A stretch of 64,000 bases of DNA from an uncultured Eubacteriales bacterium (GTDB lineage Bacteria > Acidobacteriota > Aminicenantia > Aminicenantales > Saccharicenantaceae): assembly GCA_964585685.1 (NCBI GenBank), contig CAZPEP010000068.1, positions 91,686 to 155,685 on the forward strand. Direction: 5' to 3'. A model generated the notes under the pieces. The model had not been told where the DNA came from. It saw only the letters and a list, made by a program, of their open reading frames with translations, and did not search any database. Shown here piece after piece: positions 19,016 to 27,795 of this stretch (position 1 is its first letter; each line of letters begins with the position of its first letter). Position numbers and translations under genes: made by a program.

Positions 19016-20683
19016 ATGATCGAGAGAACGGGAGCTCCATCGAAGCCTATCCGGGCCTACCGCGGGAACGTCCTGCACACGAAGGGCTGGTCCCAGGAGG
19101 GCGCGCTCCGGATGCTGATGAATAACCTCGATCCCGAGGTGGCGGAGAAGCCCCGGGACCTCATCGTATATGGGGGCACGGGCAGGGCCGCGCGCAATTG
19201 GGAATGCTACCGGGCGATCGTCGAAACCCTCAAGAGCCTCAGGAACGACGAGACGCTCATCGTTCAGTCGGGCAAGCCTGTGGCCGTGTTCCCGACTCAT
19301 GACCAGGCTCCCCGGGTCCTCATCGCCAACTCCCTGATCGTCCCCAAGTGGGCGACTTGGGACGAGTTCCGGAGGCTCGAAACCTTGGGACTGACGATGT
19401 ACGGGCAGATGACCGCCGGGAGCTGGATTTATATTGGGACCCAGGGCATCCTCCAGGGGACCTATGAGACCCTGGCCGCCGCGGCCCGCCGGCATTTCGG
19501 AGGGACGCTCAAGGGCAGGCTCGTCCTCTCGGCCGGGCTCGGGGGGATGGGCGGGGCACAACCGCTGGCCGTTACTATGAACGAGGGCGTGGCCGTTGTC
19601 GTCGAGGCCGACCCGGAGCGGATCCGGCGCCGCCTTGACACGCGGTATGTCGACGTCATGACCGAAAGCCTCGACGAGGCGCTGAGGCTCGCCGACGCGG
19701 CCATTAAAAAGGGAGAGCCCCTCTCCGTCGCCCTCCTCGGCAACGCCGCCGACGTCGTCCCCGAGTTCGTCCGGAGGGGGATCGTCCCCGATGTGCTGAC
19801 CGACCAAACCTCCGCCCACGACGAGCTTAACGGGTACGTCCCGAACGGCATCCCGTACGCCGAAGCCCTGAGGCTCCGCCGGGACGATCCGAAGGACTAC
19901 ATCCGGTGCTCCTACGAAGCGATGGCCGCCCACGTCCGGGCGATGCTCGAGCTCCGGAGGCTGGGGGCCCGGACGTTCGATTACGGGAACAACATCCGGG
20001 GCCAGGCCCTTAAGGCCGGCGTCGCCGACGCCTTCGACATTCCGGGCTTCGTCCCCGAATACATCCGCCCGCTCTTTTGCGTGGGCAAGGGCCCGTTCCG
20101 CTGGGCTGCCCTTTCCGGACGGGCGCGGGACATCCACGTCACGGACGAGGCCGTCCTCAAACTGTTCCCGGAGGACGAGGCTCTCGCGCGGTGGATCCGA
20201 AAAGCCCGGAAACACGTACGGTTCCAGGGATTGCCCTCGCGGATCTGCTGGCTCGGTTACGGCGAAAGGGCGGAGTTCGGCGACGTCATCAACCGCATGG
20301 TCCGAAAGGGCGAGATCAGCGCTCCGGTCGTCATCGGGCGCGACCACCTGGACACGGGCTCGGTGGCCTCGCCGAACCGCGAGACCGAGGGGATGAAGGA
20401 CGGTTCCGACGCCATCGCCGACTGGCCGGTCCTCAACGCCCTGCTTAACGCGGTGAACGGAGCCTCTTGGGTTTCCGTCCACCACGGCGGAGGCGTGGGC
20501 ATCGGTCTGTCCCTGCACGCCGGGATGGTCGTCGTCGCCGATGGCACGCCGGCCATGGGGAAGCGCCTGGAGAGGGTCCTCACCGGCGATCCCGGGATGG
20601 GGGTCGTCCGGCACGCCGACGCGGGCTACGACGAAGCGGTCCGGTTCGCCCGGGAGAATAAGATCAAGATCCCGATGATGTGA
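19016..20683 (+). CDS. hutU: urocanate hydratase
   Basis: [56 protein letters not shown] is the canonical urocanase N-terminus. 555 aa. Confidence 0.92.
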   Translation: MIERTGAPSKPIRAYRGNVLHTKGWSQEGALRMLMNNLDPEVAEKPRDLIVYGGTGRAARNWECYRAIVETLKSLRNDETLIVQSGKPVAVFPTHDQAPRVLIANSLIVPKWATWDEFRRLETLGLTMYGQMTAGSWIYIGTQGILQGTYETLAAAARRHFGGTLKGRLVLSAGLGGMGGAQPLAVTMNEGVAVVVEADPERIRRRLDTRYVDVMTESLDEALRLADAAIKKGEPLSVALLGNAADVVPEFVRRGIVPDVLTDQTSAHDELNGYVPNGIPYAEALRLRRDDPKDYIRCSYEAMAAHVRAMLELRRLGARTFDYGNNIRGQALKAGVADAFDIPGFVPEYIRPLFCVGKGPFRWAALSGRARDIHVTDEAVLKLFPEDEALARWIRKARKHVRFQGLPSRICWLGYGERAEFGDVINRMVRKGEISAPVVIGRDHLDTGSVASPNRETEGMKDGSDAIADWPVLNALLNAVNGASWVSVHHGGGVGIGLSLHAGMVVVADGTPAMGKRLERVLTGDPGMGVVRHADAGYDEAVRFARENKIKIPMM

Positions 20684-20781
20684 CGGATTTCCGTCCGCGG
20701 CCCCCGGCTCACGTCTTGTGACCTCCTCCGCACGCCTAAACGACTGTCTTTGAACGGCTCAGAGCTCGTGTCTCATCTTGA

Positions 20782-20811
20782 GCGCCCGTCGCCCGCTCTG
20801 CGGTCGGGCGC
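20782..20811 (+). promoter_or_regulatory. inverted repeat, candidate enhancer (UAS) about 100 bp upstream of the sigma54 promoter
   Basis: GCGCCCG..CGGGCGC arms (20782-88 and 20805-11). An AT-rich tract at 20833-20855 lies between this repeat and the -24/-12 element. Confidence 0.35.
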
Positions 20812-20882
20812 CGCTACCCCCGGTTCGCGCAGAATCTTATTATTATCAAGGGGATAGTTGGAGACCGTTTCCGGCGGCGTCC

Positions 20883-20898
20883 AGGCACGGAACTTGCA
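20883..20898 (+). promoter_or_regulatory. sigma54 (-24/-12) promoter
   Basis: AGGCACGGAACTTGCA against consensus TGGCACG-N4-TTGCA, 15 of 16 matches. The GG-N10-GC spacing is exact. It lies 27 nt upstream of ATG 20925. Confidence 0.7.
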
Positions 20899-20924
20899 TT
20901 GGAACCTGTCGAAAGGAGGTTCCG

Positions 20925-21143
20925 ATGAAAAAAGCCGTTGCCCTCGCGCTTGCAGGGCTGGTCATGTTCTCCGCGGTCTGGTTCTTTCCCCGGTTGGCAG
21001 AGGCCCGTGACACCGCCGAATGCTTCAGGAACCACTCCACGTGCCGCAACAACGCTTTCGGCATGGACGTGGGCTGGGTCAGGATGACGCTCGTGCTGAC
21101 GGTCTGCGACGCTGGCCTGGGAAGGTGCCTCCTGCTGGCTTGA
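20925..21143 (+). CDS. small secreted Cys-rich peptide (72 aa precursor with signal peptide; mature about 43 aa with 4 Cys)
   Basis: RBS aaggagg at 20913-20919. The sequence is MKKAVALALAGLVMFSAVWFFPRLAEA | RDTAECFRNHSTCRNNAFGMDVGWVRMTLVLTVCDAGLGRCLLLA. It is immediately followed by a hairpin terminator. Confidence 0.6.
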   Translation: MKKAVALALAGLVMFSAVWFFPRLAEARDTAECFRNHSTCRNNAFGMDVGWVRMTLVLTVCDAGLGRCLLLA

Positions 21144-21151
21144 AAAAGGAA

Positions 21152-21189
21152 AGGGGCCCCTGAGAAAAAAGGGGCCCCTTTCACGTTTC
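21152..21189 (+). terminator. rho-independent terminator
   Basis: AGGGGCCCCT-gagaaaaa-AGGGGCCCCT followed by TTTCACGTTTCTCTTT. Confidence 0.7.
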
Positions 21190-21214
21190 TCTTTATAGCA
21201 CGTGGAGGTTCCCG

Positions 21215-22210
21215 ATGAAGATGGCAATTACTCGTCCGGCCGCGGCCGCGCTGGCCGCCGTAATCGTCGCGGCGGCCTTTCCTTCCGGCGGGAAGGGGGA
21301 CCTCCGGCGCCTCTCGGTCCGGGACGTCAAGGCTGATTTCCGAACGGATGCCGAGGCCGCGTTCGGCCGGCCCGTCTCCATTTCTCACGACGCCGACGCC
21401 GTCTACGTCGTCGACGCGGAGGCCCACGAGGTCAGGGTTTTTTCCAGGGCAGGCGTCTTTCTCAAGGCGCTGGGGAGGAAAGGGCAGGGCCCCGGAGAGT
21501 TTGATACACCCGCCGATCTGGACGCGCGGGAAGGCCGTCTTTATGTTGCCGACAAGTTCAATGACAGGATCCAGGTCCTGGACGGGGCCGGGAAATACCT
21601 CGGCGGCTTCAAGGTCCCGTTCAGTCCGGACCAGGTCTGCGCCTTGAACGGGGGAAAGGTCGTCGTATCCCATCTTCCTTTGGGACTCAGGGGGGCCGAG
21701 CCTATGCTCCATTGTTACTCGGCGGAAGGGAGGCTCCTCTGGGAGGGGATGGCGTGCCATGTGTCGGGGGACAGGACCTACGATGCGTTCCGCAACCTCC
21801 TCGTCATGGTCCGCGGAGGGAGGGACGATCTCTACGTCATCCGGAAGAGCGACGAGAACGCGATTCACCGTTTCGACGGATCGGGAAGGCCGCTCGGCCC
21901 GATCGTGGTCCCCGACGCCTATGCCTTTAAAACGATCACCCTCCCGCTTCCTGGCCCGAACCGGGTCCTCAAGGCCTTTTGCTGGGACGCCGCCTTCGAC
22001 GGGGACCGGATCGGTCTCCTCGCCCCGGACTACACCGACGAGGGGGACATTGGCCCCGGGAGGCGCATCTATATCGTCGGTCTTGACGGGAGCCTTGGCG
22101 GGCTGGTTGAGCTCCCCGTAATCGTCAGGAGGATAGATCTGGACGGCGACACGATCCACGCCATCGACGACGACTACAATCTGAGGATCTTCAAGATGGA
22201 GCTTCGATGA
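21215..22210 (+). CDS. secreted NHL-repeat (six-bladed beta-propeller) protein
   Basis: RBS ggagg. Signal peptide present. Repeated hydrophobic-YVVD/YVAD-x-N-RIQV motifs (YVVDAEAHEVRVF, LYVADKFNDRIQVLD). Confidence 0.8.
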   Translation: MKMAITRPAAAALAAVIVAAAFPSGGKGDLRRLSVRDVKADFRTDAEAAFGRPVSISHDADAVYVVDAEAHEVRVFSRAGVFLKALGRKGQGPGEFDTPADLDAREGRLYVADKFNDRIQVLDGAGKYLGGFKVPFSPDQVCALNGGKVVVSHLPLGLRGAEPMLHCYSAEGRLLWEGMACHVSGDRTYDAFRNLLVMVRGGRDDLYVIRKSDENAIHRFDGSGRPLGPIVVPDAYAFKTITLPLPGPNRVLKAFCWDAAFDGDRIGLLAPDYTDEGDIGPGRRIYIVGLDGSLGGLVELPVIVRRIDLDGDTIHAIDDDYNLRIFKMELR

Positions 22211-22695
22211 GGCGCGGCGGGGCTCTCGCGGGCTGGGCGGTGGTCTTCGCTTTTTCCTGTCTCGGGGCAGGGGGCGGCGACCGACGGTTCGTCCTGCATT
22301 CCCTGGACGAAGCCCTCCCGGCCAACGGTAGGCCGGCCCTGCTGGTATTCTTTTCGACGGGCTGCACCCCGTGTTTTGACGACCTCCTGGAGATGGCCCT
22401 GTTTGTCCGCCGGAACGGGCTCGACCTGGCGGTCGTGGGGGTCAGCGGTGATACCGAGGCCGAAATTGATAAGTTCGTCGAAAAACATTCCTTGACCTGG
22501 CCGGTTGTCCGCGACGAACGGGGGCGGATCCGCCGCAGGTTTAAGGTGGACCTCCTTCCCTATAAGATCGTCCTGGTCGGAGGGACCGAGGTCTACAGGG
22601 ACGATTATTACCTGGTCCTGGATGAGCGGCTGAGGAGGGTCCAACGATGCCTGATAGAGCTCGCGGCCGGCTCGCGGTCCGGCTCACCGTCCTGA
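22207..22695 (+). CDS. TlpA-like thiol:disulfide oxidoreductase (thioredoxin fold)
   Basis: CxxC motif LLVFFSTGCTPCFDDL, a redoxin-type fold. Start overlaps the NHL stop by 4 nt. Confidence 0.75.
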   Translation: MRRGGALAGWAVVFAFSCLGAGGGDRRFVLHSLDEALPANGRPALLVFFSTGCTPCFDDLLEMALFVRRNGLDLAVVGVSGDTEAEIDKFVEKHSLTWPVVRDERGRIRRRFKVDLLPYKIVLVGGTEVYRDDYYLVLDERLRRVQRCLIELAAGSRSGSPS

Positions 22696-23384
22696 AACTC
22701 CGGCGTTCGCCGGCGACCGTCGTGTCGGCGCTGTTGCTGCCGGCGCTCGTCGTCCTTGTCTGGGCTCGTGAGTCTCACGGGACCGCCCTGAGGATCTTCC
22801 TCTATCTCCTTCCCCACGTTTTCCTCGTCACGACGCAGAATATGTTCAAGGGCGAAGCCGCCGGGGGCGCGCTCGAGAACGTCCTCTTCGTCCGCGACGG
22901 CTTTAGACGGCATGTCCTCTGGAAGACCGCGGCCCTCGTTCTGTCGAGCGTCGCCTGCGCCCTCCTCGTCTTCGCGACCATTCAAGTCGGAGGTCTCGGA
23001 ACTCACCGGCCCGGCTGCGTGGACCTTCGGGGCTTAGCGGTTTCCCTTTGTGCCGGTGTCTATTATATCGGGCTCGGCGGCTTACTGGGGCACTTCCTCG
23101 AGGGAGGGTCGAATGTCCTGGCCCTCATCGTCGCCCAGGCGGCGGCGTTCGTCGGCTTGATCGTCGACGCCTCGGCCGGGCACCGATTTCTTGAATCCCT
23201 GGCGACGGGCACGTTCTCCGGCCCGGGGGAGCAACTGAGATTCATCGTTCTTGCGGGAGTTCTCCCCAATATCCTCGTCGCCGTTCCCTTGCGCCGCTAC
23301 GCGCCCTGGATTGTGCCGGCTGCCGGGGCCCTGTTTCTTATTCAGGTCCTGATCGTTCGGAGGTCGGAGCTGAGGGGACGATGA
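22647..23384 (+). CDS. polytopic membrane protein, probable ABC-2-type permease partner
   Basis: About six hydrophobic segments. It overlaps upstream and downstream genes, which indicates translational coupling. The true start is uncertain. Confidence 0.5.
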   Translation: MPDRARGRLAVRLTVLKLRRSPATVVSALLLPALVVLVWARESHGTALRIFLYLLPHVFLVTTQNMFKGEAAGGALENVLFVRDGFRRHVLWKTAALVLSSVACALLVFATIQVGGLGTHRPGCVDLRGLAVSLCAGVYYIGLGGLLGHFLEGGSNVLALIVAQAAAFVGLIVDASAGHRFLESLATGTFSGPGEQLRFIVLAGVLPNILVAVPLRRYAPWIVPAAGALFLIQVLIVRRSELRGR

Positions 23385-24085
23385 GCCGGACCGTTCTGGC
23401 CGTCCTGGGTCTCGCCCGGCGGTTCGGCGCCGTCCGGGCCGTCCGCGATATCGGGTTCTCCCTTGATGGGGGACGGGTCGCGGCGCTCCTCGGCGAGAAC
23501 GGCGCGGGCAAGTCCACGACCATCAGGATCGCCTTGGGCTTCCTGCGCAAAGACGAAGGGGAGGTCCTCATCGACGCCGGGACCGTCGGCTATGTCTCGG
23601 AACAGCCGTCGTTCTTCCCTTGGGCTTGCGGCGACGAACTCCTGGACTGCGCGGCCCTCCTCAACGGGATCCCGCGGGACCGGGCGCGCCGGAGCGCCCT
23701 CGAATGGTGCGAACGCCTGCCGTTCCCTCCCGAGCTCCTCCGGCGCAGGGTCTCGACATATTCCCAGGGGAACCGGAAGAAATTCGCCTACCTGCAGAGC
23801 CTCATCCTCTCGCCGGACCTCTTCGTCGCGGACGAACCCTTTTCGGCCCTCGACCCGGTCTCCATCCGGAACGTGCGCGGCATCTTCCGGGAACTCGCTT
23901 CCGGGGGGAGCGCCGTCCTGCTGAGCTCCCATCTTATTGCGGAGGTCGGGAAGGTCTATGACGACATCATCGTCCTCCATCAAGGAGCGGTGGTCCTCCG
24001 GGAGCGGCGGGAGAATCTAGGCCCCGGCGTCGACCTCGAAGCCCTCTTCCTGAAAGCGATCAAATCACCGTGCCGTCGGGGATGA
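23381..24085 (+). CDS. ABC transporter ATP-binding protein
   Basis: Walker A GENGAGKST. Signature YSQGNRKK (LSGGQ variant). Walker B LFVADEP. H-loop SSH. Confidence 0.85.
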   Translation: MSRTVLAVLGLARRFGAVRAVRDIGFSLDGGRVAALLGENGAGKSTTIRIALGFLRKDEGEVLIDAGTVGYVSEQPSFFPWACGDELLDCAALLNGIPRDRARRSALEWCERLPFPPELLRRRVSTYSQGNRKKFAYLQSLILSPDLFVADEPFSALDPVSIRNVRGIFRELASGGSAVLLSSHLIAEVGKVYDDIIVLHQGAVVLRERRENLGPGVDLEALFLKAIKSPCRRG

Positions 24086-25343
24086 CGGCGTTCTTTGGGA
24101 TGACGAGGATGCCGTCGACGATGACGTGGTTGTCGGAGCTGTCGGCAACTCTCTTCCGGACGTTGACCAGCCTCACTCCGGCGCCTATCCGGGCGTTCTT
24201 GTCGATGATGGCTTTGCGGACCTCCGAGTCCTTCCCGACGCCGATGTCGGGGATCCTCTGCGCCCGGTTCACCTTCAAGCCTTCCAAGGATTCGAAATAA
24301 TCCGCTCCCATCATGACGGTCCGCTCGATACGGCAGTTCTCGCCGATCCGCGACCGGACGCCGATAATCGACTGCCGGATCTTCGAACGGTTGACGATGC
24401 TTCCCTCGCAAAGGATCGAACCCTCGACCTCCGAACTCAGGATCTTCGAGCCCGGGAGGAACCGGGCGTGGGTGAAGATCGGCCGCTCTTCGTCGTAAAA
24501 ATTAAACCGCGGCAGGGCCTTGGTGAGGTCCATATGGGCCTCGAAGAAGCTCGGGATGGTCCCGATGTCCGCCCAGTAGCCGTCGAAGAAGTGGGCGAAG
24601 ACCTTCTGCTCCCGGATGGCGAAGGGGATGACCTCCCGGCCGAAATCCTCGTAGGCCGTTGAGGCGAGAAGGTCGCTGAGGACTCCCGAATCAAAGAGGT
24701 AGATCCCCATCGAGGCGAGATGCGAGCATCCGGCCGCGGAGGCGCCGAGCCGCCGGAGCACTTCCTCCGGGACCCTCGTCCGCTCGAGGTCCTCCGGCGT
24801 CTTCGGCTTCTCGCGGAAATCGACGATCCGGCCGTGCCGGTTGACCCTCATGACCCCTAGTTCCGGGGCCCGGTCGGGGCCGACGTGGGTCACGGAGATA
24901 CTGATCTCGGCGCGCTTTCGGAGGTGCGACTCCACGAACTTCCGGTAGTCCATCCGGTAGAGGTGGTCCCCGGACAGGACGAGGACAAGGTCGCCCATCT
25001 TCTCGATGAACTTCAGATTCTGCCGGACAGCGTCGGCCGTTCCCTGATACCAGTTCCGATTCTCGAGCGTTTGCTGGGCCGACAGGATCGTTACGAAATC
25101 CTTGGTGAAGTTGTCGAACCTGTAGGTCAGGAAGATATGGCGGTGGAGGGATTCGCTGGCGAACTGGGTGAGGATGAAGATCTTCCGGAAGCCCGAATGG
25201 ATACAGTTGCTGATCGGGATGTCAATGAGGCGGAAACGGCCGGCGATGGGTACGGCCGGCTTGCTCCGGACCCGGGTCAACGGAAAGAGCCGGCTTCCTT
25301 GACCGCCAGCCATGATGATCGTTACGATATTGGCCACGGGCAT
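24060..25343 (-). CDS. glgC: glucose-1-phosphate adenylyltransferase
   Basis: Start MPVANIVTIIMAGGQGSRLFPLT with RBS aaagga. C-terminal left-handed beta-helix. The longer 824 aa ORF extension has no RBS and is rejected. Confidence 0.9.
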   Translation of the reverse strand: MPVANIVTIIMAGGQGSRLFPLTRVRSKPAVPIAGRFRLIDIPISNCIHSGFRKIFILTQFASESLHRHIFLTYRFDNFTKDFVTILSAQQTLENRNWYQGTADAVRQNLKFIEKMGDLVLVLSGDHLYRMDYRKFVESHLRKRAEISISVTHVGPDRAPELGVMRVNRHGRIVDFREKPKTPEDLERTRVPEEVLRRLGASAAGCSHLASMGIYLFDSGVLSDLLASTAYEDFGREVIPFAIREQKVFAHFFDGYWADIGTIPSFFEAHMDLTKALPRFNFYDEERPIFTHARFLPGSKILSSEVEGSILCEGSIVNRSKIRQSIIGVRSRIGENCRIERTVMMGADYFESLEGLKVNRAQRIPDIGVGKDSEVRKAIIDKNARIGAGVRLVNVRKRVADSSDNHVIVDGILVIPKNAVIPDGTVI

Positions 25344-25490
25344 CGTCCTTTCGGCGGATTCGACCCCAGTATACGACAAAACGGGCTTCGCGTCTTGGCT
25401 TCCGCGCCACGCCCGAGAGTTGACATCTGGGCCCTTTCCTTCTATAAGGAATGGGATGATCCCACCCGCCTTTCCGAAAGGAGATCCTTG

Positions 25491-26510
25491 ATGAAAAAAC
25501 CCGTTTTGTTCCTGACCGCCTTGGCTGTCCTCGTGGCGCCGGCCTTTTCGGGCGTCGTCAAGAAGAGCCGATCCGAGATCACGTTCAAAGGGTTCGGCAA
25601 GCTGACCATGACCCAGTCCTCGAGGCTTGTCCCCGAGAGGCAATGGGTCGATTCCCAGAACGATTTCAAGGGCAAAGGCCTGCTGGGAGGCCTGGCCGGG
25701 AAGACCGTCCTCCGGTCGGGCAGTTTCGGCGAGATCACCGACCTCCCTGCGCTGACCGTCACCCGGATCGACCCCAAGAAAAAAGAATACACCGTCGCTC
25801 CCATCAAGAAGTTCGAGCAGGAGAAAGCGGAGGAGCGAGAGGCCGGGGAAAAGGCCGAGAAGCCCGCCGAAAGTGACGTCCGCATCATCAAGAGCGAATT
25901 CCGGGTGGATGACACGGGAGAGGCCATGGACGTCAACGGCTTCCCTACGAAGAAGTATGTCGTCACCTGGACCGTGGACTGGGAGAACGTCCGGACCGGC
26001 GAGAAGGGGACGAACATGCTCGAGACCGACGTCCGGACGACGTCCCTCACCGACGCCATCGTCAAGGCGCAGGAAGAGGAGGCGAAATATTTCCGCGGCT
26101 ATATGAAGGCCGTGGGGCTTGACCAGGAAAAGCTCCAGCAGGACGTCCTCGGCACGAACTGGATGTCCCTGCTCGACAGCATGAACGCGGCCAAAGGGCG
26201 ACCGGGCGCCTCCTTTGACGTGTCCAAGACCGTCTCCGAGATGAAGAAGATCAAGGGCTATCCCGTGGTCATCGACGGGAAATACACCGTGACCTCCGAC
26301 AAGCCCCAGGGCGATGCGGGGGAACAGGGGGGTGGCGGCTCGAAGAGCCTCTTCGGCGGTCTGGCCAAGAAGGTCCTCAAGAAAAAGCCGGCCGAGGAAG
26401 GGCCCGCCGAGCCCGCCCTGGCCTATAGGGTGGAGATCATGGAGCTCGCCCCAGCCGACTTGGGTGAAGCCGATTTCCAGGTTCCCCCGGATTATAGGAA
26501 AAAGGGCTGA
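25491..26510 (+). CDS. hypothetical exported protein
   Basis: RBS aaaggag and ATG 25491. Signal peptide MKKPVLFLTALAVLVAPAFSG. Lys/Glu-rich with no known domain. Confidence 0.55.
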   Translation: MKKPVLFLTALAVLVAPAFSGVVKKSRSEITFKGFGKLTMTQSSRLVPERQWVDSQNDFKGKGLLGGLAGKTVLRSGSFGEITDLPALTVTRIDPKKKEYTVAPIKKFEQEKAEEREAGEKAEKPAESDVRIIKSEFRVDDTGEAMDVNGFPTKKYVVTWTVDWENVRTGEKGTNMLETDVRTTSLTDAIVKAQEEEAKYFRGYMKAVGLDQEKLQQDVLGTNWMSLLDSMNAAKGRPGASFDVSKTVSEMKKIKGYPVVIDGKYTVTSDKPQGDAGEQGGGGSKSLFGGLAKKVLKKKPAEEGPAEPALAYRVEIMELAPADLGEADFQVPPDYRKKG

Positions 26511-26644
26511 TCCGGACGAACATCCGTTTATCAAGAGATATGATGCCGTAAGGAAGAACCATACGCGCCATCAAAGGGGGACTCGGGCTCGCGCTTACGG
26601 CCCTCACCCTCTTCCAGGTCCGGTGCGCTTCGAAACCTGCCGTC

Positions 26645-27652
26645 GTGACTACCCCGCGGAAGCCGCTCATCTTCGCCGCCCACATCCTGCTGGACCGGTC
26701 GGCCGGGGCCAGCATGGCCGGGCTCAGGAAGGAGATCCCGAAAATGGCGAAAGCGGGCGTCAACCTCATCGTCCTGGAGATCGATTACAACTATGAATTC
26801 GTCTCCCATCCCGAACTCCAGGGCAACGATCCCCTGACCAAGGCCCAGGTCAAGGAGATCGTCGGACTCTGCAGACAGTACAAGATCCGGCTCATCCCCG
26901 AATTCCAATCCCTCGGCCACCAGTCCTGGGCGGAGACGACCTATTCCCTCCTCGAGAAGTACCCCCAGCTCGACGAGACGCCGGGCAAGTACCCGGGAAA
27001 CAGGGACGGAGACAAGGACATCTACTGCCGGAGCTGGTGCCCCTTCCATCCAGACCTTTACCCCATCGTCAACGCCCTCTATGACGAGCTCATCGACGTC
27101 TTCGAGGCCGACGCCCTGCACGTCGGGATGGACGAGGTCTTCCTGATCGCCGACCCCGACTGCCCGCGCTGCAAGGACAAGACCACGGCCGAATGCTTCG
27201 CTTACGCCGTCAACCGTGCCTACGACCACCTCGTTAAAGAAAAGGGCGTCGAGATGTTCATGTGGGCCGACCGGTTCATCGACGGGACGAACACCTATGG
27301 CGAATGGGAATCCTCGATGAACAAGACCGACCCCGCCGTCGATATGGTTCCCAAGGACATTGTCATGTGCGATTGGCATTATGAGAGCAAGTACGAGCGG
27401 ATGAAGACCCCGGGCTTCCCGTCGGTCGACATGTTCATCGGGAAGGGCTTCCGGGTCCTGCCCGTCACCTTCAGGGACACCAAGGCCATCAGGATGTTCA
27501 TCGATTATTCCTTCAAGTTCCCCTCCGACAAGATGCTCGGCCACATGTGCACGACATGGGGCGGCGTCAAGGCCGGCTCGATCTACAAGTCGAAACAGTT
27601 CAAGGCCGTCGCCAAGGAGCTGAAGAAGTACGGGCTCAAGCCCGCGAAATAA
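26645..27652 (+). CDS. glycoside hydrolase family 20-like (beta-N-acetylhexosaminidase catalytic domain) protein
   Basis: Motifs RLIPEFQSLGHQSW and LHVGMDEV (H-x-G-x-DE) fit a GH20 TIM barrel. GTG start. The N-terminus is uncertain: the in-frame upstream region encodes a signal-peptide-like stretch without a canonical start codon. Confidence 0.55.
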   Translation: MTTPRKPLIFAAHILLDRSAGASMAGLRKEIPKMAKAGVNLIVLEIDYNYEFVSHPELQGNDPLTKAQVKEIVGLCRQYKIRLIPEFQSLGHQSWAETTYSLLEKYPQLDETPGKYPGNRDGDKDIYCRSWCPFHPDLYPIVNALYDELIDVFEADALHVGMDEVFLIADPDCPRCKDKTTAECFAYAVNRAYDHLVKEKGVEMFMWADRFIDGTNTYGEWESSMNKTDPAVDMVPKDIVMCDWHYESKYERMKTPGFPSVDMFIGKGFRVLPVTFRDTKAIRMFIDYSFKFPSDKMLGHMCTTWGGVKAGSIYKSKQFKAVAKELKKYGLKPAK

Positions 27653-27675
27653 CCCAGCGCAGCCGTCCGATCGCA

Positions 27676-27719
27676 ACGGGCGCGGGATCCCCGCGGGGGG
27701 CCCCGCGCCCGTTTATTTT
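27676..27719 (+). terminator. rho-independent terminator
   Basis: ACGGGCGCGGG ... CCCGCGCCCGT followed by TTATTTT. Confidence 0.7.
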
Positions 27720-27725
27720 GCGGCG

Positions 27726-27755
27726 TTGACGCTCCGGCCTCGTATCACGTATGAT
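27726..27755 (+). promoter_or_regulatory. sigma70-type promoter (TTGACG-18-TATGAT)
   Basis: Located 40 nt upstream of ATG 27796. Confidence 0.55.
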
Positions 27756-27795
27756 GGAAATCGGATATGATCCGACCGGGAAAGGGGATCGAACC

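Noticed and set aside
22207-24085. The possibility that the TlpA / permease / ATPase genes are cytochrome c maturation CcmG/CcmB/CcmA.
   Set aside because: No CcmC/CcmE/CcmF (WWD, heme chaperone) genes are adjacent. The gene order and the ATPase signature differ from what I expect for Ccm System I. The resemblance is limited to generic thioredoxin and ABC folds.
25344-26534. N-terminal 400 aa extension of the 24060-26534 ORF upstream of GlgC.
   Set aside because: A bona fide GlgC start (MPVANIVTIIMAGGQG, RBS aaagga) is at 25343. The extension overlaps a well-supported + strand gene with RBS and signal peptide (25491-26510).
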